Source of the DNA: Centroscyllium fabricii | Taxonomy: Eukaryota | Reading direction: 5' to 3' | Assembly: GCA_051313645.2 (NCBI GenBank) | Contig: JBNRSN020000001.1 | Location: 347,448,001 to 347,512,000, forward strand | DNA: 64,000 nt | Part shown: positions 22,078 through 34,742 of the stretch, one piece after another | Numbering within the stretch: position 1 is the first letter of the stretch | Layout of the letters: every line of letters starts with the position of its first letter | Made by a program: the position numbers and the translations under genes | Notes under the pieces: generated by a model | Told to the model about the DNA's origin: nothing | Seen by the model: only the letters and a program-made list of their open reading frames with translations | The model's database searches: none

Positions 22078-23823
22078 ATAGAGTCATAGAGTTATACAGC
22101 ACAGAAAGAGGCCCTTCGGCCCATCGCGTTTGCGCCATCCATCAAGCCCTGTCTATTCTAATCCCATTTTCCAGCACTTGGTCCGTAGCCTTGTATGCTA
22201 CGGCATTTCAAGTGCTCATCCAAATGCTTCTTGAATGTTGTGAAGGTTCCTGCCTCCACCACCCTTTCAGGCAGCGAGTTTCAGATTTCAACCACCCTCT
22301 GGGTGAAAAAGTTCTTCTTCAAATCCCCTCTAAACCTCCCGCCCCTTACCTTGAAACTATGTCCCCTTGCTATTGACCCCTCTACTAAGGGAAAAAGTTC
22401 CTTTCTATCTACCCTATCTATGCCCCACATCATTTTGTACACCTCAATCAGGTGTCCCCCCCGCACCCTCTCAGCCTGCTCTGCTCCAAGGAAAACAACC
22501 CCAGCCTGTCCAGTCTTTCTTCATAGCTGAAGCGCTCCAGCCCAGGTAACATCCTGGTGCATCTCCTCTGCACCCTCTCCAAAGCAATCACATCCTTCCT
22601 ATAGTGTGGCGACCAGAACTGCACACAGTATTCCAGCTGTGGCCTTACTAGCGATTTGTACAGCTCCATCATAACCTCCCTACTCTTATATTGAGAACTG
22701 GCTGGCTCAAAGGAAGCAGAGGGTAGTGGTAGAAGGCCAATACTCGGGCTGGAGACCGGTCACCAGTGGGGTACCACAGGGGTCGGTGTTGGGGCCACTA
22801 CTGTTTGTAATCTTCATCAATGACTTGGAGGAGGGGACTGAGGGGTGGGTCAGCAAATTTGCGGATGACACAAAGATTGGGGGAGAAGTGGATGAGGAGG
22901 AAGGAAGTAGAAAGATTCAGAGGGATATAGACAGGATGCAGAGCTGGGCTGAAGAATGGCAAATGGAGTTCAACACGGGGAAATGCGAGGTGATGCACTT
23001 CGGCAGGGCAAATAGGAAGAGGGAATATAGGGTCAACGGCAGGATCCTGAGTGAAGCAGAGGAGCAAAGGGATCTGGGAGTATATGTACACAGATCACTG
23101 AAGGCTGCCACCCAGGTGGACAAAGCAGTAAAAAAGGCCTATGGTGTATTGGCCTTCATCAACAGAGGAATAGAGTTTAAGAACCGGGAGGTCATGCTGC
23201 AACTGTACAGGTCACTGGTGAGACCACACATGGAGTACTGTGTGCAGTTCTGGGCACCGTACTACAGGAGGGATGTGGAGGCGCTGGAGAGAGTGCAGAG
23301 GAGATTCACCAGGATGCTGCCGGGAATGGGGTGAAAGTCATACGAGGAACGGTTAAGGGAACTGGGACTCTTCTCCCTGGAACGGAGAAGGAAGAGGGGG
23401 GACTTGATAGAGATGTTTAAAATGATGAAGGGGATCGATAGAGTAAACGTGCAAAGACTGTTTCCCCGGGCGGGAAGAACGTCAACAAGAGGACACGAGC
23501 ACAAGATTCAAGGAGGAAGATTCAGAAGGGATGGAAGGGGCAAGTTCTTTACACAGAGAGTGGTCGGGGAATGGAATAGGCTACCATCTGAAATAGTGGA
23601 TGCGGACAGTCTGGGTGCTTTTAAAAGGATGATAGACAGGTACATGGAGGGGAAGGAACAGTAGGGGGGACAGGAAAAATCAGAGACGGACTAAGGGCGG
23701 CACTACATTGAGGGCCCAAGGGCCTGTACAGTGCTGTATGTTCTATTCTATTCTATTCTATATTCTATGCCTCGGCTAATGAAGGCAAGTGTCCCATATG
23801 CCTTTTTAACCACCTTATCCACT
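22078..23823 (-). mobile_element. CR1 LINE 3' part (minus strand), split by a younger CR1
   Basis: [26 protein letters not shown] (22448-22672). The sequence resumes at about 23761 (TATTCTATGCCTCGGCTAATGAAGG). Confidence 0.85.
22693..23760 (+). mobile_element. Young 5'-truncated CR1 LINE (RT C-terminal half), nested
   Basis: [21 protein letters not shown]...KFADDTK... ORFs 22726..23334 and 23404..23664 share a frame with one stop between them. (TTCTA)n tail. Confidence 0.9.
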
Positions 23824-23838
23824 TTATATAATGTTCAT

Positions 23839-24055
23839 GATGTGGAGATGCCGGTGTTGGACTGGGGTGGACAAATGTAAGAAGTCACACAACACCAGGT
23901 TAAAGTCCAACAGTTTTATTTGAAATCACAAGCTTTCCAAGCGCTGCTCCTTCGTCAGGTGCAGTCTTCACCTGAGGAAGGAGCAGCGCTCCGAAAGCTT
24001 GTGATTTCAAATAAAACTGTTGGACTATAACCTGCCGTTGTGTGACTTCTTACAA
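23839..24055. mobile_element. Penelope-like palindromic insertion (family A)
   Basis: ATGTGGAGATGCCGGTGTTGGACTGGGG... with inverted arms and TSD TTATATAATGTT. Core CTGAGGA-A-GGAGC/GCTCC-GAAA at 23972-23996. Confidence 0.75.
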
Positions 24056-24183
24056 TTATATAATGTTATCAGCGAGAGGCTGGCAAAAGTAGAGGACGAC
24101 AAGGTACCAGAAAACAAAAGATTTAAAAAAAATTATTGTTTTATATAACCAACTTTTAAATCTCTAACTTCTTCTGCTAACTT

Positions 24184-24522
24184 GGGCGGCACGGTGGCAT
24201 AGCGGTTAGCACTGTTGCCTTACAGCGCCAGGGGCCCGGGTTCAAATCAAGCCTCGGGTGACTATCTGTGTGGAGTTTGCACATTCTCCCCGTGTCTGCG
24301 TGGGTTTCCTCCGGGTGCTCCGGTTTCCTCCCACAGTCCAAAGATGTGCGGGTTAGGTTGATTGGCCAGGATAAATTGACCCTTAGTGTTCGGGGGTTAA
24401 ATATGTGGGGTTACAGGGTGGGAATATGGGGGGTTACGGGGATAGGGTGGGATATGTGTCGGTGCAGGCTCGATGGGCCGAAATGGCCTCTATCTGCACT
24501 GTAGGGATTCTGTGATTCTGTG
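24184..24522 (+). mobile_element. Full-length V-SINE, tail type i
   Basis: tRNA-like head, V-domain and GATTCTGTGATTCTGTG tail. Confidence 0.9.
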
Positions 24523-25966
24523 AAATGACTCTGAATGAGCGTGTCCCTCTCCCTGTTAAACTGGAGTGCTGGAATGGATCCATTGGGCCATCGCTGTACA
24601 ATATACTGACTGCAGTTAGGTGGTGTAATAACAGTCCAGCTCTCGCCTGCAAGATGTATTTTATGTATTTTATTTTAAGTATGTTCCAATTTACATGTTA
24701 TTAATGATATTATCGTTGTTTAAAAGGTCAGAGCAACGTAATTAACATTAAGTCGGGGTCACGGTAATTACAGTCTCAACCCAGCAGCGCTGGGCTGGAT
24801 AGAGGCTCTTGACGGAGGAGGGCGGCAGTTTGGGGATTGGCTCCCAGTTGCACACGTGTGTCCCACTGCAGGTCGCATGAAACAACGCAGTCAAAATCTA
24901 TAATACACCAAAGATTCTGCTAATTTTACCTAGAAAATCCGATGATAGCCAACCCATTACAAGAACCTTCCAAACTAAAAAGCATTCGAACATATTCTAA
25001 AACAGAATAGACGAGTAAGCGGTGTTTTCCAAATTGGTCACACGAATACTTCAAACGACAAGTCATTGAACATTTCTGCCTCTTGCACGTGTGGTTTTTG
25101 GGCAGATTCGTTTTTTGCCCAAAGGAAGATTTGAGGCTCCGGGCCGACAGTGGTAGCTTTCCTATTCAGGCCCACTTTAACATGATGCAACAAACAGAAA
25201 GTGTGTGGAAGAATGCACTTGTCATCAATGAGAATTGATTACGTTTGTTGAGAGGCAAAATTGCCTACATCAAATATTTACCATAGAATTGTAAATGGAT
25301 TGCCTGAATGAAAGATTGAAACGATCTGGTGCTGATGCATGTCAAGCCTTCAGTCGAGTACCAAGGTGTAGCACTTAGTCCTCCTGTTAATATCTTCACA
25401 GACCCTGCCCCCGCCACCCAGTCTCCGCCGGGATCGGAGTGCAGGGAACTGCAGAATGGCAGGAACATGAAACACGGCTCGGAGCTACTGTCATGGCTTT
25501 AGACATTTAGAGCTCTCCTCCCCTCCCCGCCCTTTCTATCTATAAATATTAGAAACAGGTCCAATGCTAATGACAGGGTGGAAAGTATTATGTTTTACGT
25601 GTGAACAGCCCTATTTTGCAGCGCATCTTGCAGAGGTGTTCGTTACTCGCCTTTCATCCTTGACGTGAGCAGGTTTTAATGTGTTGGTGTTTTTGCTGAG
25701 AGTTCTTACTGCAAATACTTGAAGGGTGAAAGTTGCACAGGGGCTGCGGGGAAAGCGCAGGGGAGTGGGATTCATTGGATCGCTCTACCAAAGAGCCGGC
25801 ACAGGCACGGTGGGCCGAATGGCCTCCTTCTGTGCTGCATCATTCTATGATTCTGTGACTTATGGTACAAATCCCAGCTCACATCGATCCGAGCAAGGAT
25901 GGGACGGAACGTGCCAAAGTAACTTCGTCGGTGGTTTCACTGAAGTCTTCAGATATTATTAAACAT

Positions 25967-26156
25967 AATGTGGAGGTGCCGGTGTTGGACTGGGGTGGAC
26001 AAATGCAAGAAGTCACACAACACCAGATTATAATCCAACAGTTTTATTTTAAATCATGTCAGTCTCTCTCTTTCATCTGACGAAGGTGGAGAAGCTCCGA
26101 AAGCTTGTGATTTAAAATAAAACTGTTGGACTATAATCTGGTGTTGTGTGACTTCT
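25967..26156. mobile_element. Penelope-like palindromic insertion (family A)
   Basis: Family A sequence with inverted arms and TSD GATATTATTAAA. Confidence 0.75.
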
Positions 26157-26754
26157 GATATTATTAAAGATCTATTAAAACATTAAACGGGACTGGGTTG
26201 TTTATCCTATATACTTTGTTGACAATTGTTAAATATAATACATGGCGCGGGCGGGGGCTCGGTTGGAACATCCCACTCCGAGCTACCAGTCTGACTTTTC
26301 TGTTTGATTTGTCGCTTTGGGACGAAACGCACCATTTTTAACTGGCGTTTCCCCAGAAAGCGAAGCTTGCATTCCAGAAAAGAAATGAAGTTGGGAAATG
26401 TCAATTCATTGCAGCATTAAGAGAAGAGGACAAAAACAATGTTCCCCATTCCGGTCAATATTTGTGAATTTTCCCCCTTTATGTGCTTGACCCTAATCCT
26501 GAAAGGTGTGGGGAGGGCTACAGCTCGCAGTTTTCCTGCAAGGCTTGAGTGAAGCTTGAGTGACTCGTCGGTCTCCCGCGGCGTTGCATTTGAGGAGTGC
26601 AGACCATCTCAGTCTTCAGGGGAAGCAGGGTTAGAGGGCGGGCGATAATTAGACCAGGGCACGCAGACATCATTCACTTTTTATTTTAAAGTTTTACATT
26701 CTGGCCTTATTTTTATATTTCCAGTATAAATTCCCATACCGACATTTATAAAGA

Positions 26755-27025
26755 TGATATGGAGGTGCCGGTGTTGGACTGGGGTGGACAAATGCAAGAA
26801 GTCACACAACACCAGGTTATAGTCCAACAGTTTTATTTTAAACCACAAGCTTTCGGAGCGCTGCTCCTTCCTCAGGTGAAGTGTCGAGATTCATTTAAAC
26901 ATAGCATATATAGGCTATATATATATGCTATGTTTAAATGAATCTCGACACTTCACCTGAGGAAGGAGCTGCGCTCCGAAAGCTTGTGATTTAAAATAAA
27001 ACTGTTGGACTATAACCTGGTGTGT
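26755..27025. mobile_element. Penelope-like palindromic insertion (family A), long near-perfect hairpin
   Basis: Arms of about 110 bp centred near 26912, with TSD GACATTTATAAAG. Confidence 0.8.
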
Positions 27026-27334
27026 GACATTTATAAAGGAACTCCCTATGTAAACGTGTCACTCTGTAATTCCACCCTCCTGCCTGGTGGTGTCACTCCA
27101 GTGTCTCCACTGGGGGCACGGTGTAATTACACAGGGGCAAATTCACATTATAAATATGAAAAAGGGAAATTAATGGTGAAGTTGACAAAGTGTGTGCAAA
27201 TTAAATATTTTGAATATAGCTAAATACATAGCAAAGACAAATATTGATTGCTCAGTTATTTCAATGGAAAATGTAAAAATCGAATTTTGAATGGCCCAAT
27301 CCAAAATTTATACTTGTTCTCCATCGATTTTCCC

Positions 27335-27549
27335 CTCAGCTGTCGAGGCCCTAGGCTCTGGAATGCCCTCCCTATACCTCCCCACCTCTCTCTCCTCCTC
27401 TAAGATGCTCCTTAAAACCCACCTCTTTCTGCACTAATATCTCCTTATGTGGCTCGGTGTCAAATGTTGTTTGATAACGCTCATGTGAAGCGCTTTGGGG
27501 CAGTTTACTACATTAAAGGTGCTATTTAAATACAACTTGTTGTTGTTAT
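27335..27549 (+). mobile_element. L2 LINE 3' end
   Basis: ...CTCCTTAAAACCCACCTCTTT...GTGAAGCGCTTTGGG...TTGTTGTTGTT tail. Confidence 0.65.
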
Positions 27550-27702
27550 TCTCCTTATCCTGAAGTATGGTTTCATAAGCAGTTATATTCGGGGATCTAA
27601 TCTTCATAGCTGAGCCAGGACTGTGAGTGTGAGCAGGCAGCTGGACCCCAATAAAGCCAAGCTTGGTGCTGTTCACACGTCAATATATCTGCACATCTCC
27701 CC

Positions 27703-28057
27703 CAGGGCCGGCCTTAGGCCAATTGAACCTATTTCCCCGCACCCATTACTTGAAAGTCCATACTCAAAACCCTGACACCTTCAAACCAAACCTGTGTCTT
27801 ATTCTTTTAAGCTGCAATAAGGCACCAATCAATAATTAGTCTAGGGCTAGAAATGCAGGCATGGAGCAGTCATGCACAACATGACTAATTATAGCAACCT
27901 TGAAGGAGATCTGGATCACTTTACTTTCACATTGATGCTAAGGTATCATCCTGGGCGCTGACTTGAGTTTAGCCAGCCCTGAGTGATGTGTAATATCATA
28001 TTGCTTAAGTTCCACCCTGGTCCAAATTGGGCCCTGCAATTGCTAAGGCCGGCCCTG
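27703..28057. mobile_element. hAT-superfamily MITE (355 bp)
   Basis: Perfect 15-bp TIR CAGGGCCGGCCTTAG / CTAAGGCCGGCCCTG and 8-bp TSD ATCTCCCC (27695-27702, 28058-28065). Confidence 0.85.
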
Positions 28058-28289
28058 ATCTCCCCCTCCCTGTTTTCTCTTCTACTCTTTGAACATGTAT
28101 GAAAATTTAATCCAGCCATCAATTTATGCCCATCCATTGGCATAATGTGTTTACTACCTGGGCCCATACACGAAGAGTGACCATTGGTGGAGGTACTGGG
28201 TGAGCGCGCCAGGAGTCTCTGGGCCCCAGCAGTCCGGCTATCTGATAACTCGCCACGTGTGAGCCTCAACAGTGAGTATGGAACAATAT

Positions 28290-28590
28290 AAAAACAGAAA
28301 ACACTGGAAAAACTCAGCATCGGTGGAGCGAGAAACAGAGTTGACGTTTCAGGTCGATGACCTTACGTCAGAACTGGAAAAAAACATAAGGGGATAGATT
28401 TTAATGCAAGTACTAGCTTAAAATCTATCCCGGCTCCTGGGGTGTTTTTTTCAGTTCTGACGAAAGGTCTTCGACCTGAAACGTTAACTCTGTTTCTCTC
28501 TCCACCGATGCTGCCTGGCCTGCTGAGTTTCTCCAGCGTTTTCTGTTGTTGTTTTGGATTTCCAGCATCCGCAGTATTTTGCCATCGTCG
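28290..28590. mobile_element. Penelope family B palindromic insertion
   Basis: Inverted arms with TSD GAGTATGGAACAAT and an intact ribozyme-like core at 28453-28489. Confidence 0.8.
28453..28489 (+). ncRNA. Minimal type-I hammerhead ribozyme-like motif (Penelope type)
   Basis: AGTT-CTGACGA-A-AGGTC(TTC)GACCT-GAAA-CGT-T-AACT: conserved CUGANGA and GAAA boxes, stem II hairpin, stem I AGTT/AACT, and palindromic AACGTT in place of stem III. Confidence 0.65.
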
Positions 28591-29969
28591 GAGTATGGAA
28601 CAATGTTTAGGCAATGGTGGTGAGCTAGCTGTTTGCCATTGAAGAAACATCGCAACTGAACCCAATCTTGTCCACACCTGCCACCCACACATGCACACTT
28701 TCCACACAGCTCATTGGATAGCAATCGAGAGTTGAAACCCAGTTGATTCTTACTGTTCCCCGGGGCTGAGATCTGCTAACTCAGCAAGGCCAGAAATCCA
28801 ACAGGTGGTTCGGTGCCACCTCAGGTAGTGCGCACCCACCGAGCCACATCTGCTTTTCGGATGGTGCTGGTGCAGCAGCAGGAACCCTGGCTTCCCTGGT
28901 CAAAAGATACTGATGCTAATTGTAACATTCACAGTAAATTCAGTTAACCCAGCGCTGACCAGAGATGAAAGCTGATGTGTATTGCTCAGTCTCACACCAC
29001 ACATTTCCCCATTGAATCGTTGGAACAGATATCTCTTTATACAGATATAAAACTTGTTCATTTATCAACTGAAAAGAAAGTAAAAAGGAAAGTTTGGACA
29101 CAAAATAAAAACACTGTCTAACTGTGATATTGACACCTAGGTACGTTTAATATGTAACAATGTAATGTTTAACTATTTTACCAGAATGTGATCGCCAATT
29201 GAAAGAAATCTTAGAAAATGGTTAAATCAATTGCGCTTAATTAATACACCTGTGGGAGTCACAGCAATGTGTGTACTGTAATTAATCTGTCAGTCAAAAT
29301 AACCAAATAAATCATCATTTTCTCAATTCATGAAATGCATATTTTGTCGTTTTATTGCTTTAGGCTAGTGATTAATTATTGTCTAAGGTGCAAGAAACTC
29401 TACTAACTAAATCTAAATCACTCAGGTTAAAATATTCTGCGGAGTTCTGTGAGAGAACGCAACGACAAGAAATGCTTCGGAAAGATTTCACTTTCCCCCT
29501 TAATCGCAAAGTATGTTCTGTACGAAGGTGAGATTACATTTCATATGGGAAATCTCGAGTTCCTCTCTCCAATCAACGCCGAAAATGTAACGCCTTCTTC
29601 CAGTAAAAAATAAACGTTGCGGCTGGATTTTATTTTATTTTAATTTTTAACTATGCAATATATTTTAAAATGCAACAATTCAGATTTGCTCTGCTGTCCA
29701 TTCGAAGCCTAAACGTTCGATGTAACAGCAATGAAGTTATGCCATGTGTTGAACCATTCAGAAATAAATCTTTTATAAGTATGTAGGCCTTGTTATTTTA
29801 AAAATATAACGTTAAATTGTCCCTCGTTTTGCAAATGTTTGACTAACCAAGACAACGTATACGTACATTGGAGAGGTTCAGTCTGCAATGAATGACTGGT
29901 GTATCGGACTTGCTGCATATGTACAACGATGAGGGGGTTGCACACTAATGTCATCGTCAGCTTTACCGA

Positions 29970-30161
29970 CCTGGTGTTGTGTGACTTCTTACAATTGTCC
30001 ACCCCAGTCCAACACCGGCAGCTCCACATCAAGGTTATAGTCCAACAGCTTTATTTGAAATCACAAGCTTTCACCTGACGAAGGAGCAGCGCTCCGAAAG
30101 CTTGTGATTTCAAATAAAACTGTTGGACTATAACCTGGTGTTGTGTGACTTCTTGCATTTG
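29970..30161. mobile_element. Penelope-like family A insertion (rearranged)
   Basis: Family A segments in both orientations, with core CTGACGA...GAAA at 30075-30099. Confidence 0.7.
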
Positions 30162-33116
30162 TAATTAATAGAACCCACTTTGCTTTCGGATTAGGATTGG
30201 GATGTAAACATTAAGCAGAAATACGACATGCTCGAGCTCTGGGGCAGCTCTAGCCCGACGCGTTAAATGCGTTAACGAAATGCAATTTGCCCATAAACTT
30301 CATCTTTATGGAAACACTGAGATTCTATTATAACCAGTCATGGCACCATTTTATATCACAGAAAATGTTGGCAGCCGAGTAAACGTGAAGCACGAGGATT
30401 TAAAACAACTCAAGAATGAGGCACTGGGAGCTTGTACAACCGCCGAGCACTCTTGGGACGGAGGTGACTGACAGCGAATTGTGGATGTGCTGAGCCCAGC
30501 CACAACGATCATTACTCCACTTAAAGGATGGCAGCCCCCCCGCCACACACTCCCCACCCCCCCAATTACGCGTTAGCAGGTTGCTGCTCAATTCCTAGAC
30601 GAGAATAGTTAATTTTGATGTGAAACCTGTTGGTTCAGGGATCCGTTTCTGTTTAAGGCATTAGCTGTTTTACCCTGATCCAGAATCCCCCAACAAATTA
30701 GCACTTCGTTGTGCATTTGCTCGATCGTAATCCCTCGGCCTGACTAAACTCCGGTCAGTCGAATCGCTCGAATGGCGGCTGAAAGAATTGGATTAGGAGG
30801 GGCGGTTGTTATGGGGCAAATAACATTTTATTTAAGTATCGTTACCGCGTAAAAGATTTATTTACAGCATCGGCTACACCTGTAAGTGGGAGGTGCATTA
30901 CTCGAGCGCCGGGTGGAGAATTCCCGTCAACATTATGCAACGAACAGCGACATTCTCAACACCCTTTAAAGGTCTCACATGAAGAGATGTGTGAAAGGCC
31001 AGCCAGAAAACTTCAGATCGACTGCACGACAGAACGCACGAGAAATCCATTTCACACCCATTAACTCGCCCAGCTAATGCCATCCAGAAAGTGTTCTTTC
31101 TTGTGTTTAAAATGCCACGGGGGAAAATGTTGCAACGTTTGGAAAAGCAAATCGCGTTTATACAGTAAATAAAGTCATACATGTCATTTGATCTAAATAC
31201 CGAACATTTACTGGCATTTTATGGCAAACATTGGTCAGCTTGTGAAGATGCTGTCTGGCTCCACGTTGTGACTGACCCCCAGTGCACCCGAGAAACAGTC
31301 CATTCATTCACCACAGCACCCTAACAGAAACTCGCATTCTGACATTAAGGTCTTACTCGGTGTTGCTTGCAAGTGCTGTCGAAAACTGCCTAACCGATGT
31401 CACTTGTCTTTCTCATTTAACAGGTCGTTTTGCTGAAGACACGTTTTTAAAAAAAAAGACTTCTCATGTTGGAAAACTACCACACACACAAAAAAAGACC
31501 TGCTTCTCAGCACTATCTGTAAGGAAAAGAAATGGAATGTGCTTGTGTGTGAAATAGCGCTGCTGCAATGATCCCTGCTGAAGCGTGTGTTGGTGTGTGG
31601 GATGCATTTAAAGAAAATCACATGTAATATTATAAATGACATCTCCGCCTACATATTTGCACATAGCTTTTTTTTTGTAACTAACTTTGATCATTATTAA
31701 TAATAATCAGTTAGACTGAAGGTTCCTCGATTAATGGATTTGTTTAAAGGAAAATAGAACTGCAACGGACGCGTGCGCAATGGTATTTTTTTAACATTTG
31801 GGTGTTCATCTCTATACAAGATCACTGTGACAAGGGGAAATAACGAGTACAGGTTAAAAAGCCGCAAGGCGTGTTTATCCGCAGCCCACTCCAAGAAAAC
31901 AGCAGGAAAGTTTTGTCGTTGCAATAACGTATTTGCAAGTAAGGGCACAATCATTAGAGCTGGCTGTCTTTCTGTGCTGACAGTCCAACTCTTCATGTGT
32001 TGCTGCTGATCCGTCTGCATGCGGCTCACTCTGACAATGCAACATTAGGTCGGGGTGCAGGTGTCACTTAACTTGGTGGAATCCGCAGTCTTTGTACAGG
32101 GGGGGCCATACTTCTGTAAAGCTTCGAGTTTTGTACAACGACGCCTTGCAATGAAATCTGCAAGGGATCCGCACGCTAATGCAAGAATTAATGAATCGTT
32201 ATATGGCGTTCGGGATATCCCATTAAAAGGAGCTGAGGAAATAGGCTTACAAGGGATTTAAACCCAAATTCAATTACACGCATGTTGCAATAATTAAGAG
32301 TTCGTGGAAAAAAAATCACCAGTTATCTCTTCATCGCATTTCAATTAGGTACTGCGTATTCATTCAAAGTAGAATCAGTCGGATAATCATTTTATTTTGT
32401 TGCAAGGACAGCTCTCTAGATTAAGCTTTCAAAAAAGAATTTTACACATTATTACACGCTTCATTAGGGAACAGAATAATATGTCTGAACTTTTTGTCTA
32501 ATCGTGAAACGCATTAAAAAAAGCGCCGGGGCGTGACCAATATTCACTAGGTGAGGTCGCGTTAAAGACATCTTCAGTATCACCTTCAAGCTGCGCTGTG
32601 CCAATAACATGTGTCTGTTCTTAGCAATACAAATAAAAGAGTATTTTATGCGTGAAATTAAGGCACCGGCGATTGTGAAATATGGAGAGAGAAAATGAAC
32701 AGCTCTGCTTGAGCAAAGACTCTTGTGGGGCGGAAGTCGTCGTCTGTGCAGCGTGATTTTCACATTCGCTCGAACATTCAAAGGCTGTTTCAAAACGTGG
32801 TGTGCAAAGCAAATTGAAACACCTTCTCTCTGCAATCGAATCCATGGAGTAATAGCGGATGCCGGGCTTCATTACCGCGTCTCTGTTTTGAATAATTTAA
32901 GGTTCAGGAATTATGTGAGTACTTACTGCGCTGTGCACAACGAAAATCTATACACTTCAGAATATCTATATCATCCTATCATTTCCAAACAGTTGTCAAA
33001 TGAGTTATAGTCATGAGCGAATGATCTTAAAGGTAGGTCCTTTGCCACGGGTTTTTAAATGTTATAACCAGTACCAGATTACACATCAGGTGCGCAATGT
33101 GAGAAATTGTAACCGT

Positions 33117-33388
33117 AGTCCAAAGATGTGCGGGTTAGGTTGATTGGCCAGGATAAATTGACCCTTAGTGTCAGGGGGATTGAATATGTGGGGTTACGGG
33201 GATAGGGTGGGAGGATAGGGTGGGATATGTGTCGGTGCAGGCTCGATAGGGATTGAGGGATATGGGGAGAGGGCAGGGACAGGGTATTGGGTTTGGATGA
33301 TCAGCCATGATCTCATTGAATGGCGGAGCAGGCTCGAAGGGCCGAATGGCCTACTCCTGCTCCTATCATCTATGTTTCTATGTTTCTT
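33117..33388 (+). mobile_element. V-SINE, 5'-truncated, tail type ii
   Basis: AGTCCAAAGATGTGCGGGTTAGG... followed by the CR1-type tail. Confidence 0.85.
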
Positions 33389-33838
33389 CTGAGTGCTGTC
33401 TTGTATGCACGATGTTTATGAAGCTTACAATTGTACATGTTCTGCGCAGTGCGCTCTATAGCAGCGCGATATCAAGGCACCAGCAACAAGTTTAATTTGA
33501 ACTCTGCTGCCACACTGTACATTGACCGAAGATACAGTTAAAGGTTCGCTTCGCAGTTGTAACTTTCAGTAAGTACAGTACACAACTCAGTGCAAAGATG
33601 TTCAGCTCCCAACTACTACTGTTTAGTTTCAATATTTCCTCACTTATTGCTTTGTGAAAAGGGTAGGCTTAGGAGCTAGTTCGTAATACCAATACAATGT
33701 GAACGTTATAGTGCTATGCTATTGCGCTTACATAACTATACAGTGCACTTTATTTTAGGATAATTCTGTACAACCTTTTTACAATGAAGACGCGTGGTTA
33801 CTATGCTCTGTGCATTGAGAGTATGCGATATATTTAAT

Positions 33839-34190
33839 GCAACAGAAAACGCTGGAGAAACTCAGCAGGCCAGGGCAGCATCGGTAGAGAGAGAAACAGA
33901 GTTTCTTCAAAACTCTTCAACACATCGACCTGAAACGTTAACTCTGTTTCTCTCTCCACCGATGCTGCCCTGTCCTGCTGAGTTTCCCCAGCGTTTTCTG
34001 TTGTTATTTCAGATTTCCAGCATCCGCAGTATTTTTGCTATGCTACAATATATTTAATATCTCGGTTTCGTGACTTCTACAAAGCAAATGTTAAATGAAC
34101 TCTAGATATCGATGCTGCCTGGCCTGCTGAGTTTTTCCAGCATTTTCTGCTGTTGTTTTGGATTGCCAGCATCTGCAGTATTTTGCTATC
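33839..34190. mobile_element. Two adjacent Penelope family B insertions (about 33839-34045 palindromic; about 34110-34190 single arm)
   Basis: Family B sequence; the first copy is flanked by ATATATTTAAT. Confidence 0.7.
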
Positions 34191-34309
34191 GGACAAGTTT
34201 TCAGCTTCGCTGTCCAGTTCCAGTTTTAGTGTGTGTGCAGAGTGGCATCAAACAGCAGCAATGCTTTTTGTTTGGGTGTTGGGGGGGTCGGGGTCAGAGG
34301 TCAAAATCA

Positions 34310-34742
34310 GCGCCCCCCCCCCCCCCCCCCCTTTGCCTCAGGCAGGCGGCAGAGGCGGGCACGTGACCTGCCCGGGGAGCGCCGACCAATGGGAGTCCGG
34401 CTGGTGGCGTGTGATTGACAGCTGGGCGGGAGCGGCGCCCGCGCGCCGCTGGAGCTGGGCTGGGAAAAGGCTGGCGGCGAAAAGTTGCGCTTCACACTGC
34501 TCGACAGGCAGCCAAAGTTCAGCGCAGGGGGAAGAGCCCGCCTTGTCGCGGCGGCCCGCCACAGTCACAGCTAACCGCGAGTGTGACAGAGAGGAAGGGA
34601 GGGAGGCGGGGGCAAAGGGGGAGAAAAATTAAAACTCGACAAGCTGAGGACGGTATTGCCCTTGGCCACTTTCCGAGTGCTGGCTGAAGATTGCCCGAGT
34701 GATCCCCGAAAATGCAACTTGGCTTTTAATGAGTAATCTGAG
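34310..34742 (+). promoter_or_regulatory. SIM1: CpG-rich SIM1 promoter / putative non-coding first exon
   Basis: GC- and CpG-dense. CACGTG at 34360, CCAAT at 34386, TGATTGACAG at 34412 and GC boxes. A donor AG|GTGAGC at 34743 pairs with a strong polypyrimidine acceptor ending at 35100. Confidence 0.6.

Noticed and set aside
24184-24260. tRNA genes (also at 7259, 60586 and 16647)
   Set aside because: The A/B-box heads run directly into the V-SINE body, so these are SINE heads.
1-34000. Exons of a neighbouring gene (ASCC3 is upstream of SIM1 in mammals)
   Set aside because: No helicase- or Sec63-like exon recognised. Small exons could have been missed by eye.
34112-34687. ORFs across the promoter
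   Set aside because: GC-rich promoter and repeat sequence with low-complexity translations.
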